DNA of 63,333 nucleotides, counting the filler, from Folioceros fuciformis (lineage: Eukaryota), in the NCBI GenBank assembly GCA_049999805.1. It is 15 parts of 15 records of this genome, joined end to end, with 100 filler letters (N's around TTAATTAATTAA, not from the genome) between each part and the next. Parts side by side here need not be neighbours in the genome. Positions count along the whole stretch, not along the records: positions 25,816 to 29,125 come from JBNGIO010001754.1; positions 29,226 to 32,246 come from JBNGIO010001755.1; positions 32,347 to 38,851 come from JBNGIO010001756.1; 12 more parts are not named here. One strand, written 5' to 3'. Position numbers and translations under genes: made by a program. Below the pieces are notes generated by a model. It saw only the letters and a program-made list of their open reading frames with translations. It did not search any database and had not been told where the DNA came from. Below, piece by piece: positions 26,143-38,103 of this stretch. Positions within the stretch are counted from its first letter, which is position 1, and each line of letters begins with the position of its first letter.

Positions 26143-28290
26143 AGGCAACCGAACCAACTCCCAAGTTTGGTTCTTGTGGAGCGAATCCATATGCGACTCC
26201 ATCGCCTTCTCCCACTTGTCCTTGTCAGTCACTGACATGGCCTCTTGATAGCAAGAGGGCTCCCCACAATCCGTCAGCATGACATAATCAAGAGATGCAA
26301 CATACCTGTCAGGAGGACGTGAAATCCTTCCTAACCTACGAAGCACTGGCACCTCGACTGGAGCTGGTTGCACTCTCTCCTCTTCTACAAGTGGAGGAAC
26401 TTGTTCCTGCACATCATGACGTTCAACCTACGTGAGACGATCAAGTCCATCTTCTTGGAAGACCACCTGTCGCATCTCCACAGTTGGAGTAGGCTTCTTG
26501 TGCATCTTGGTCTCATTGAAGAACACGTCATTGCTGTGAACCATCCTCTTGGCCTCTGGATCCCACAGATGGTATCCCATCTCACCAGATTCACCATAGC
26601 CAAGAAAATGTATTTTTCTTGGCTATGGTGAATCTGGTGAGATGAGATACTTAGGAGCTAACTTGTCCCGAAACTCCTTCGGAACATGGTAGTATGCCTC
26701 ACAGCCAAACACTCGTAGATGCTTGTATGACGGCTTCTTTCTAGACCACATCTCCTCTAAAACCTACTCATTCACAGACTTATTAGGAGATCTGTTAATA
26801 AGATGCACCGTAGTGACCACCGCTTTTGCCCAAAATCCATTAGGCAAGCCAGAGTTTGACAACAAACTACGCATCCTCTCCTGGATGGTCCTGTTCATCC
26901 GTTCAGCCACACCATTCTGGGGAGGAGTATACGGTGCAATCAATTCTCTCTTGATTCCCTTGGAATCACAGAATGACTAGAAAGCCTTTGAAACCTACTC
27001 TCCCCCATTGTTTGTCCTTAGACACTTCAGTTGGAGACCAGATTGATTCTCCACAAGGGTGACGAATTTCTGAAACATTGTCAGAACATCATCCTTTTTC
27101 CCCAAAGGATAAACCCACACCTTGCGTAATCATCTATGAAATCATCTATGAAAGTGACAAAATAAGATGCACCGCCTAACGATACAGTGGGCATAAGTTC
27201 ACAAACATCACTGTGAACCAACTCAAGAGGTTTACTTTTGTGTTTACCTCTTGCTCCATGTGGTGACTTCATCTATTTCCCATACAAACAGTGCTCGCAC
27301 ATGGAGAAATCAGAGAAGTCAAGAGTAAGGACGTAACCAAAACGAGATAAGATCTTCATTCCTTTTTTAGACATATGTCCTAACCGACTATGCCATAAGG
27401 AAACACTTGGTTGTTCCATGACACAAATCACATGATCCTTGACAGTGGTTACCTGAAGTGAGTACAAAGTGCCACACTTCGATCCACGAGCTAACACAAG
27501 AGAACCTTTGGAGATCTTCCAAGAACGATCCCCAAACCAACAATGGTAGCCAACGTCATCCAACTGCCCTGCGCTAATCATGCTTTTGGTCAACTTCGGA
27601 ACATGCCTAACATCCTTCAGTATGAATGAAGATCCGTTGTCGAACTTCAGCTGTACATCACCAACTCCTACAATCTTGCATGCGTAGTTATTTCCAAGCC
27701 GAGCACATCCTTTCCTAGTAGCATCATAAGTGCTAAACCACTCCCTATGCGGAGTAACATGGAAAGATGCTCCAGAGTCAATTATCCAATTAGAGAATAA
27801 GTGACTCTCCACGGCTGTCAGTTGTGCAGAATCGAAGGAAGAAGAGGTAAGAACATCTCCATCATCAACAGAGTTCACCTCGTCACGCTTGACACTCGGA
27901 CTTGCCTTGTTGTTGCTCTACTTCTCCTTTCCTTTGTCCTTTTTGAACTTCTTGCAGTCCCTTCTTATGTGACCCTTCTTATGACAATGGTAACACTCAA
28001 CATTGTTTCGACTACGAGACTTACTACGGGAACGACTTCGCTCCTTGTACTTCCCCTTTGAAGTGGACCTTCCTCTCACCATGAGGGCATTGGAACCTTT
28101 CGAAGGTTCCATGTTCTTCCTATTCACCTCCTCCATTAACAGGCTACCTTCTACATTTACAACAATAAGACCACTGGCAGGAGCGGAATTACTCAGAGTT
28201 GTACGAAAGGTGTCCTAGCTCTCTGATAATGTGACCAACAGAAACATAGCTCTCATGGAATTTGGGAATGAGAAACCTTGAGATAAGAGC
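26143..28290 (-). mobile_element. Ty1/Copia (Tork/Tnt1-like) gag-pol, degenerate, truncated at both ends by insertions
   Basis: CYHCHKKGHIRRDC zinc knuckle, WIIDSGASFH protease, LWHSRLGHMS...CEHCLYGK, LELVHSDVC/YFVTFIDD integrase, EPSCYQEAM...W.KAM...HKNQTWELV. Stops and frameshifts present. Confidence 0.93.
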
Positions 28291-29125
28291 TGTGTGGAGG
28301 CAAAACCCCGGGCACTGATTGCCGACGGATTCCACCTTTAGTGGCCACACTTATCCCACTGTCGTTGAGACATTGGGTTTCGTTCCCACGAAGGAGCGAT
28401 GGGGTTCCTTGCTGCTGTGGATGGAGGGTCGGACTTGATCAACTCGATGATGGATTCGAGGGCTCCCCTCCAGCTCCGATCAAGCGTAGGACAGGCCTCG
28501 CTGTCCGGCGGTCAGCTGCACCTCTCTCGGTGCCCACAAACTCACTCCAGTCACTACAACGACTTTAACATCTCAGATCTGCGTCTTTCCTTACACACCT
28601 CACTCACTCTCTCACTCCAGCACCAACACCAGCAACTACCAGCCACCAGCAACGACACCACTACCTTGTACACTTCCCTACGGACTCCTCCTACCCGGCA
28701 AGAGTCACTAGACTAACCCCAAACAAAAGGAAGAAGGGAACACACTCCCCTCTTGGGTATCTCCTCCCCACAACCTTACCAGACGCCATGAGACATGGCC
28801 GGCCTACAGCACTTGACCAAGCAAGGAACAAGAGTGGACAGGTTGAGAGAAAGACACACCCTTTACAATCAAGAGCTAGGGGCAAGCCCCCACACCCTGG
28901 TCATTACACCTTGTGATCCTACCAGACACTATACAACCGGCAACACGCTGCCCGCGATCCTACCAGACACTGTACAGCCGGCAACACACGGCTTGCGATC
29001 CTACCAGACGTTGCACAGCTGGCAACACTCTGCATGTCCTAAACCAAGCAGGGACAGACCACAAGAGCTCAAGAAGAGAGGACCTCCAAGAGCTCACTAA
29101 GAGATAGACTGACTCCCAAAGTGAA
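28291..29125 (-). mobile_element. Athila-like Gypsy LTR, family A, inserted in Copia gag; contains a 3x41-bp internal repeat (28915-29030)
   Basis: Begins TGTGTGGAGGC exactly where Copia gag is interrupted; matches 23574-23753 and 39085-39941. Orientation inferred from the U5 motif shared with the PBS-linked LTR at 61943. Confidence 0.85.
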
Positions 29126-30232
29126 NNNNNNNNNNNNNNNNNNNNNNNNNNNNNNNNNNNNNNNNNNNNTTAATTAATTAANNNNNNNNNNNNNNNNNNN
29201 NNNNNNNNNNNNNNNNNNNNNNNNNAATGCCTTGCTGTTGCAAAGCTTCCACAGCCTGGAATTCATGTTCGACCTGCAGCCCATCCTGCAGTCCATTGCA
29301 TGCAGAAGGTGGGGCCCTGGTCAGTAACTGAGCACACAGGAAGATGCACATCCAGGAATGTAAGGAAGTGGAGTTACTTGCCTCAAACCAATTGCTCCTT
29401 GGGAAACTCCTAATGCGGCCCTTTGCTGACCTCTAACTGCTTTTCTGCCATTCCCTGGCCACCCCTTTGCTCTGTGTTGCAAAAGGTTGAAGAGTTCTGA
29501 TGCTGCCTGTCTGTGACGTATCCGCTACTATTGCACGTTAAAGTATGAAGAGGCAGATGTCCAGCTTGCACAGTTTTGCATAACCAAGGACCAGCGAAGG
29601 AAGTATTACCATATAGCTCCCGCAGACATCGCCTGTCTAGACTTGCGTCCGGCAGGTTTCGGAGCTGTTTCGCTGCAGCTCATGGTTGTTCTGATGGCAC
29701 CCCACGTCTGGGTGGCAGGGATCGTTCAAAGAGCCTTCTTTGCTGCAAAGTTTTAGGCCCCGTCGACAAGTCATTCGGTGAAAGCAAGCCCGGGGAACGG
29801 ATGCGTGCCGCAGACCATATGAAGCAGAAGAGATGACAATACCTAGCGCTCCTCACGGGAAAATTACCCTGCTGTCTCTGAAGGGGAAGAGAGTCAACCC
29901 CAATCCACGTCCACCCCGCAAACGTCTGCACTTCAGGCCCCAGAGCTTGAAAACACAAGGGGTGAGAGTCGCTTAGGCAGGCACAGTAGGTTTCTTTTGC
30001 GGAGCTTACGATTGTGCAGGCGATTCAGTGTTGCAACCCAATCTGCAGGACGCAAGGTATCTGACCGATGCTGGGCATTCCAGTTCGAACATCCTACAGT
30101 CCGCTTGGCTTTTCACCACTCCAGGATTTGCCATGAATTTCAGTCGTGCGAAGGCTCCAGCAGGACATTGAGGCATGGTTTGTGGCAGTTGACAGTTGCT
30201 GATCACTACGGAGAACCTTCAAGTATCTGGAC

Positions 30233-31249
30233 TTGGTGCACAGCGATGGAAGAGCGGGCTCACATGATCTCCTTGCCCCTAGAGGTGCGCTCGTCGAGGA
30301 CTTCTCAGGGTTGGACGAAGTGTTTTCTGCTCCTTTTCCAGCGTCCTCCCTAGCAGATGAGGAACATGGGTTCGGCAGTGACAAGGAGAATTTTGTCAGG
30401 TATCCTTATTTTCACAGATGGAATCCTTTTCCATCGTTGGGATATGGCAAAGCTTCTTGCTGGTTTCATATAATGGCTAGCTTGGTCTGATGCTTTGCTG
30501 GTACTTGCAGCAAAGTGTGCGAAGATAACCAGCTGTTCGAAGCAGTGCGGGCTTTGGACCTCATGTGCAAGCAGGGAATCCAGGTGTCGGTGGGCATTTA
30601 GTATCCTTTGTTGAAGAGGTGGCTAGGCTCACAAGAGCCTAGCCATGGGATGGTATGTGCATGCCCTTGGCTACAGAAGTGGGTACAGCTGCAACATTTT
30701 TCTAGGAAACCACATCATCCGCATGTATGCCTCTCATGGTAGTCTAGCAGAGGCCAACCAGGTGTTCAGGACACTTCCGGCACCCAATGCTTTTGTCTGG
30801 ACTTCAATGATTACGGCATACGCGGAACATGGGGAAGCTTAGCAGGCCATGAAACTGTATTTGCAGATGCGGCAATCCAGTGTGAAACCAAATGACTACA
30901 CGTTTGTGTCAGTGTTGAAAGCCTGTGCAGACATCGGTGACACCAGTTTCCCTGATTTGGCATCAGGGAAACTGGTACATGCTGATTTGGTGGGCAGCTG
31001 CTTTGAGGTGAATGGGTTTGTGGTGAGTGCATTGGTGGACACGCTGAGAAGCTTGTATTAGCTTATGGTCTCCTCAACACACCCGAAGGCACCACCTTGC
31101 TGGTAACGAAAAATCTGCGGATGTGTGACCATTGCCACAGAGGCACGAAGATCATCTCCAAGATCGAGAATAGGGAGATCATAATTAGAGACGCCCACCG
31201 ACTTCATCACTTCAAGGGTGGCGTTTGTTCGTGTGGAGACCACAATTGA
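30233..31249 (+). pseudogene. PLS-class PPR gene with DYW:KP-type deaminase domain; pseudogene (stops, frameshift, large internal deletion)
   Basis: PPR motifs NIFLGNHIIRMYASHGSLAEANQVFRTLPAPNAFVWTSMITAYAEHG and KPNDYTFVSVLKACA, then out of frame [34 protein letters not shown]...[25 protein letters not shown] (31037-31249). Intron 30400-30510. 5' end approximate. Confidence 0.88.
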
Positions 31250-31864
31250 GAGCTGTCAGTACGAACAGAAATTCAGGATCACACTCATCCTATTCAACGA
31301 GTTGGAGCGAGCTGACTGACACCTTAGGTTTGGCACTGATTGCAAGAGCAGTAGACACAGGACCAGAGCCTGGAGGAGTCGTGGACCTCCGGGAGCACGC
31401 CTTGGAACTCGTCTCAACAACTCGCCTGAACCATTGTGACAAATTATGTCAGTGCATACATTACATATGCATCTCATCTCAGCAGTGTTGCCAACCTTCC
31501 TGCCCTGCGTGAAGCGCAATGCAGACAAAAACATGGAGAGTCAACGTGGTTCATCAGAGAGGCTTGTGTATGCACAAGGGGGGTTTCTCATTCACGACTC
31601 ATGTCACGACTCAGTGAAACAACGGAATCATGTGGATGTGTTAAGGATTCTACACTGCAAGCATGATCGGCAAGCATCGTTACAGAGAGAGACAGGGCAC
31701 CCTCCAGCTTCGAATTTTCAAGCATGCACCACCGTCTGCATGGTGCCTCGATTGGGACCCATGCACCCACACGAACAGGGAGTTCTGGGTGAGTTGTGGA
31801 AATCAGGGTGAGCCACAGACGGACATGAGGTGCTTCTCCACGTGTCCGGAATCCATCCCGCACC

Positions 31865-32030
31865 TACATTCTGTGTAACCAGAGGACCTCGCCAAATCCC
31901 TTACGCCGGAAGTCAGGCGAACGGGAGCTCTTCTTATCTCGTTGCTCTGTTGTCCCACCCACCACATGGCAGGGTCCAAGAAAAATTGTTGCCACAAGTG
32001 CTTCTGCTCCTGGCGACGACCATCCTTGCA
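31865..32030 (-). pseudogene. Degenerate PDF motif of organellar ssDNA-binding (OSB) protein type
   Basis: Across two frameshifts: HLWQQFFLDPAMWW/DNR/DKKSSRSPDFRRKGFGEVLWL, matching LWxxFFxxPxxWWDNRxxKxxxxxPDFKHKxxGExLWL. Confidence 0.7.
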
Positions 32031-35000
32031 AAATCCGTCCCCACCCACACTACTCCTCGGAAGCGGAACTGCTGGGCTCCTTACACATGTACAGTACTCA
32101 GGTTGGCACATCAACTCATGGTTGTCGCAGGAAGCTACAATCATGGTTCAGGCTGAAAATTGCGTGGGAGGTGTCGGAGCGATGAATCTCGATTATGGTA
32201 CAGTATAGTGAGCTTTCCGTTTGTCAATCAGTTTCTATACTGGCATNNNNNNNNNNNNNNNNNNNNNNNNNNNNNNNNNNNNNNNNNNNNTTAATTAATT
32301 AANNNNNNNNNNNNNNNNNNNNNNNNNNNNNNNNNNNNNNNNNNNNACTATTCATAGATAATCGGGATGCCGAGAGCACGTGGAAAAGGGAAAATACCTG
32401 TAGATCCGTTTGCCTACAGTCCTGGTCTAAGTGTAGAGGCTCAGCATCAAAGTCTCCAACATTTCTTTAATATGTGTCCCAGGCCTGCATCACCAAGGTA
32501 CAGCAACCAGTTTTTGGAACCTGTCCAGGTAGATCCCTTAGCGAGTCTAAGAAAGCAAATACGCAAGGAAATTTTTCACTCACTAGCAATTAGCGCACAG
32601 AGAGCGAGTGAAACTTCCTGCTGCAAAATTTGCACAAGCACGTTTTCTCCCAATCCTGATCCATTCCTTCGGGAAATTTACAACCTTGTAATGTCCGAGT
32701 CAGAAAGACATAGACAGCATGTTTGTGACCTGACTGATAGGGTCATCAATTCCCAGAGGCATATTGTGACCCTCACACGTCAAATAGAGTTGTTGTCTAG
32801 GCTCTCTGCACCCCACAAACCTGCAAAGCAACTTGACCATACCCGTCTAAACCTGGAGATGAATCAGGCACAGTTTTGAGTCATGGGAACGAGAATCCTT
32901 GTCTTGTGCATCCCATGATCAGGCATCCCTCTAAACCTGGCTCATGTTCCATAGTAATCGTGGTAGGGGTACCAGCAACCCAAGAGGCAGGCGTAGAGGT
33001 CATGGTATTGGAAGGGGTGTAAACCCCGACCTGAATCCATTTCCCGTTGATCCACTTGGTCTAAATCAGGAGGCTGCATCCTCCCAGTCAAATACAAGCT
33101 TGCATGTTGTATCCGTAGCATAGCTAGCTCAGGCATACGCTGTTGCACAATTAGGAGCAGCACTTGCACACCAAGATGTAGGAAACATGGCACAACCACC
33201 ACCTCAGACTGTCACCAACAACACAACCATAGTCAACAATGTGAAAATAGACTTTAAAGAAAAAGATAGATTTAATGAGACCCAATTTGACATGTGGGCT
33301 TTATGGGTACAAACCATTCTAAGAGAGCATGATCTCTAGGGCATTGTGACGGGCACAGTGCCCAAGCCTTTGCTAGGAGCAGTCCAAGCTGATGTTGATG
33401 CTTGGGCAAAGATGGATCTTCGAGCATTGGGCATCATACTCAAGATGCCGACACAACCAAGGATGTATGGGACTCCTTGAATCAAATTTACAGAGTGTCA
33501 AACGGGTCCTCCATGGTGAGTGCTACTCGTGCACTCTACAACTGCAAGATGAAGGAGCACGTGTCAGTGGAACAACATGTTGTAAAGTTCCGGATGCTGA
33601 GGTTGAAGCTTACCTCTAGTGGGACTGCAACAACCGAGATGCACGCTGCAGTAGCCCTCCTTCTCTCCCTCTCTCCGGACAGCTACCGGGTGTTTGTAAG
33701 CAATCACTATACACACATGAGAAACGTGGCCCAGGCCACACTTGCAGGACAAACACCTGCAGTATCTCTTTCAGACTTGATTGGAGCCCTCCTGGAGGAA
33801 GAATCCATGAGGATTGCTAGCAAAGGTGGTACCTCCGCCAGAGGAGAGTCCTCAAATAGAGTCCTCTACACTAACAGAGGTTCCAAGAGGTAGCCACCAC
33901 GTCAGGGTTCCCAGTATCAGAATGCTGGAGGCAGTGGGAGCTTCAAACGTCGTCCTTCAGCAATTGCTACCAAGAAAAAGGGCCCATGCAACTGGTGCCT
34001 CATTCCAGGACACTGGGAGGCAAAGTGCAGGAAAGAGAAGGCAGGGGAGCCCTGCCGTATAGCCCCACCTAAAGACAACATCACGTCCAGGAAGTCTAGC
34101 ACAGTCCTAACAGTCTACATGGTCTCTACACCACAGTACAGGCATGCATGGTACCTTGACTTAGGTGCGTCATCACACATTTGCCACACTCTGTCTGCAT
34201 TCTCTGAGTATAGAAAAGTCCCAAGGGGTCAGGTTGACCTGCTTGGTGACGATCGTGGCCTGCCAGTTGTAGGAGTCGGTAAGGTTCCTGTCCTTTCAAC
34301 AAGTGGAAGGGTTGAAACCCTACTCGAAGTCCTGCACGTACCAGCTCTGGTCAAAAACCTGGTGTCAATCTACTTACTAGACACGCAGCACAACCTGAGC
34401 ACTATGTTCACTAACGGGCAATGTCACGTAGTTGGCCAGCTAAACAAAGGTGAAATAGTTGCAGTAGGGACTCCTGTGCATAACCTGTACAAACTGGACA
34501 TCCAGTATGAGCTTGGCAGACCAGTGGCAAACCTAACACGAGCACAACAAGAAGAGCATGACGCCAAGCTATGGCATTGCCGACTGGGTCACACAAACTT
34601 TGACAAGCTAAACACAATGGTTAAAAGTAGCACACTTTACCGCGAGAAGTTCCTGATCAAGCATGCTGAGAAGCCCTTCTGTGAGGCATGTGTGTTCGGC
34701 AAACACCACCGTGCTCCCTACAAAGACAGTAACCCTACTCGGGCTACCAAGCTCCTGAAGCTGGTACATATAGACCTATGTGGACCCATATCCACAACCT
34801 CCCTTGGCAGAGCTAGAAACTTTCTGTCTTTCATAGACGATTGGAGCCGATACACTGTGGTGTACCCTCTCAAGCAGAAGAGCCAAACCCTGGAATGCTT
34901 CATGGAATTTGTGACGTTTGCACAAAGGCAAACAGGTGAACTGTTGAAAACCTTGAGGAGCGATAACGGGGGCGAATATACCTCGGATGCCTTTGCCAGC

Positions 35001-36123
35001 TTCTGCAAGGGACAGGGCATAGCCAGCAGCTAACCACCCTGTACACATCTGCACAGAACCCCATAGCAGAGATCAATAACCGGCACACACAAGAAGCTGC
35101 AAAAGCAATGCTGCAGCAAGCACGTCTTTCAAGTGGGTACTGGGCAGAAGCAATTAGTACGGCTGTATACATCAAGAATAGGGTACCTACCAGTGTGCTC
35201 ACAGGAGCAACTCCTTATGAGCGCTTGACAACCCACAAGCCCCAAATAAATCACTTGAGGATTTTCGGTGCTCCAACATACGCACACTTGTCCGAGGACC
35301 AAAGGGTCAAGCTCGACTATAAGGCATGCAAGTACATATTTGTGGGTTACACAAAAGGTATTAAGGGGTATAAATTGCTAGATCCTAACACTAGAAGCAC
35401 CACCCATTGCCGGAGTGTGGTGTTCGACGAGCTGTCACTCCTCACACCTCCTCTGAACTCCCAGAGCTGGTACGTGAATAGGAAGCATCCACAAGTGGGA
35501 CCACTGAAGGGGAAAGCAGTGAGGAGACATACCAGCATACCAGCACCACAACCCACTTTGCTCACGTGCCTGCAGCTACTGTCGACCAAACCGCAAGCGT
35601 GTTCCTAGATGACGAAGATGCGGAAACCACTGGTGACACCCAAGCTGGAACTGCTGACAGCAACAAGAATGAAGCGGATACAGAAGGCAGCCACACTGGC
35701 AGCCAAGAGGAAGCAGCTGTCACGGAACTTGAACAAGGACAAGCCTCAGTGACGGAGGAGGAATCAGCTCCAGAAGCTGAACTGCCAAGACGAAGCAGTA
35801 GGAGACACACAGCTTCGCCCGACGAGTGGGTAACACCACCCTCACCTACAGCTCATTCCTTGTGCAGGATGACAGCACACCTGACAGCTTGGGTGAGCCC
35901 CTATCCTACAAAGAGGCTATCAGCGGGCCAAAGGCGTCAAAGTGGTCAGCGGCAATTGATTAAGAGTACCAGTCACTGCTGGACAACGGTACATGGGAAC
36001 TGGTGGACCTACCTTCTGGCAGAAAGCCAGTAACCTGCAAGTGGGTATTTAAGAAAAAGCTTGCAGCTGATAGGAGCATAGCACCTTTCAAAGCTCGTCT
36101 TGTAGCAAGAGGGTATAGCCAGG

Positions 36124-38014
36124 TGTGGTGGAAAGAATCCGGGGACACCCAGGGGCTTCCCTCTAGCGGCCACACCTATCCCGCTGTCGTGTAGTCTAGC
36201 AGGTTTCGTTCCCTCGAAGGAGGGCCTGTCCTAGTTGTGTGTGTGCGACTCTATTCGTACCTTTCTTCTACCACGACCCTCGCGAACCTGAATACACCTC
36301 CTGTCTGCCAAACACGCCTCTGCTGTCGACGACTCACTCCAGTAGGACACCCACGAGTGTGCGTGCGAAACACGGCACCTCACACCCAGGCATCTGGGCC
36401 GTCACGATCCCCACCAAGCTACCAGACGCTGCAGACGACGCAGCCGGCAGGAGCGCACTTGTTGGAACACGAACAAGTGTGCTCAGGCTTGGTAAGAAAC
36501 GAAGACCAACCACCTTATCTCTTGAGCCCTATGACTCTTATAGAGTTCCTGGCTACTGTCGGTTGGGGTGGTTGATCGGGTAGGCAGCCATTGATGGTCC
36601 CTCACCTGCTACAGCGCTTAAGCGCATTAAACAGTGTCTTTAAACGCTTAAACCACCCCTCCTACCACGTCTATCCTAACTACCCAACTCTATTGGGGAT
36701 GCTTCGGTGGTTCGAATGGGCAGGTCAGAATGGCAATCTTTGCATCCTCTAGCCTACCACCAACTTTTCCTTCAACCTTAATCAAGTCGAGGTTGACATC
36801 ACGTCTCTCCAAATCCGCCACAGCAAGCACAGCTTTCACTGCAATTTCCGCGAGCATCCGTTTGCACCTACCCACTATCTTGGAAGATAGCGTCGTCATG
36901 CACGTCTGAATGCAAGGCTCAGCATTATCTGCACTGAAGTCAGACTTGTGCGCGATGTGATTCAAGTGCTCAGTGGCGACCTTAGACGCTATCTCATACC
37001 CCTCAGCGATCCCAATGGGGCGGATGCCCCGATCTAGTAGCTCTTCCGCCTGCTCCAAGAGTGTATCTGCTGTGACTACAACCCCAGTTGTGTCGTCACC
37101 AATCTCAAAATCCTGGTCTTTCAAAAGCTTGACCATCAGCTTCCCAATTTGATTCTCAACCTCCCTCTGCTCAAGTATTGTAGCCCCATCGTTTGTCACA
37201 GTGACATCGCCGTCCGGGCTCTGCAGCATCTTGTCCATGCCCTTGGGGTTGAGCGAGGTTCTCAGAATCTTGGCCACGGAACGAGCTGCCAAAATGTTGG
37301 CCTTTTGGGCATCCAACCCTGGCAGGCGAGCCTTCTGCTCCTTCTGCCGCTCAAGCTCCAGGCTGCACTCGCGCTTGCTGAAGGCCTCCCGCCCCCGTCC
37401 CCGCTCGCTCTCCAAGCTGCGCAGCCGGTTCCAGGCCTCCTCCCACATTCCACAATACTGTAGGGCCCCGAGAGAGATCCTGGCGAGGGCCCGCGCCCGA
37501 CCATCCATCCCCAGTACCCCATCCTCGTCGACCTCCTGGCCACGCATTCCTCCACTCAGTCCTAGCCTTCAGTACGAGTCCTGAGAATCCGACAAGCCCG
37601 GGAAAGGGCCCCGCCAGGCCTCCATCTGAGAAGAGACGGCCTCAGACGGGCCTCGTCACATTCGCCACCACGAGATGTCCATGACCAGATTCCGCCCATT
37701 CGTATCAATCTCTGAGCTTCTCGATCTCAGGGTTGTGTTCCTCACAATTTACCATCTCCCGCCACTATGGCTCAATCCACCTCAGCGTCAGGGGCTGCCA
37801 TCCGTCACCACCTTCTTCGGCAATCACCAACTCTTGCCCTGCACGTCAACAAATTTTACCTCTGCCCTTGCCTCTGTTTATTTCCCAAGAACAAATGCAA
37901 GCTCAGTCTCCGAGCGCGCTCCCGCTTCATTTCGCCTTTTCCTAACCTTCATCACCGTCTCCACAACAACCGCCTCCATAGACCACCCCGGTCCCCAAAG
38001 ATCGAGAGCTCACA
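36124..38014 (-). mobile_element. 1891-bp solo-LTR-like insertion (TGTG...CACA) with 5-bp TSD, carrying a captured gene fragment
   Basis: Flanks ccagg (36119-36123) and ccaag (38015-38019); removal restores Copia RT GYSQVKGLDY. Left end shares the ggccacacctatcccgctgtcgt...gtttcgttccctcgaaggag motif with LTR family A. Confidence 0.85.
36690..37350 (-). pseudogene. CCT5: Processed fragment of T-complex protein 1 subunit epsilon inside the LTR-like insertion
   Basis: [16 protein letters not shown]...[32 protein letters not shown]...[11 protein letters not shown]...[10 protein letters not shown]...[33 protein letters not shown]. No introns; GDGTT motif altered to GDDTT. Confidence 0.9.
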
Positions 38015-38103
38015 CCAAGTTAAAGGCCTAGACTATATAGAAACCTTTGCTCCTGTAGTCAGGACCACCTCTGTCCGTACATTGTTTGCAATAGCAACAC
38101 AAA

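Larger units (their letters stand above)
33187..38103 (+). mobile_element. Ty1/Copia gag-pol, degenerate; interrupted at 36124-38014 and truncated at 38104
   Basis: gag (FDMWALWVQTILREHDL*GIV), CNWCLIPGHWEAKC, WYLDLGASSH, LWHCRLGH, CEACVFGK, LVHIDLCGP, LRSDNGGEY, CKWVFKKK...FKARLVARGYSQV | KGLDYIETFAPVV. Confidence 0.95.

Noticed and set aside
36690-37547. Functional CCT5 gene
   Set aside because: Truncated at both ends, internally deleted, ATP-binding motif mutated, and embedded in a TSD-flanked insertion.
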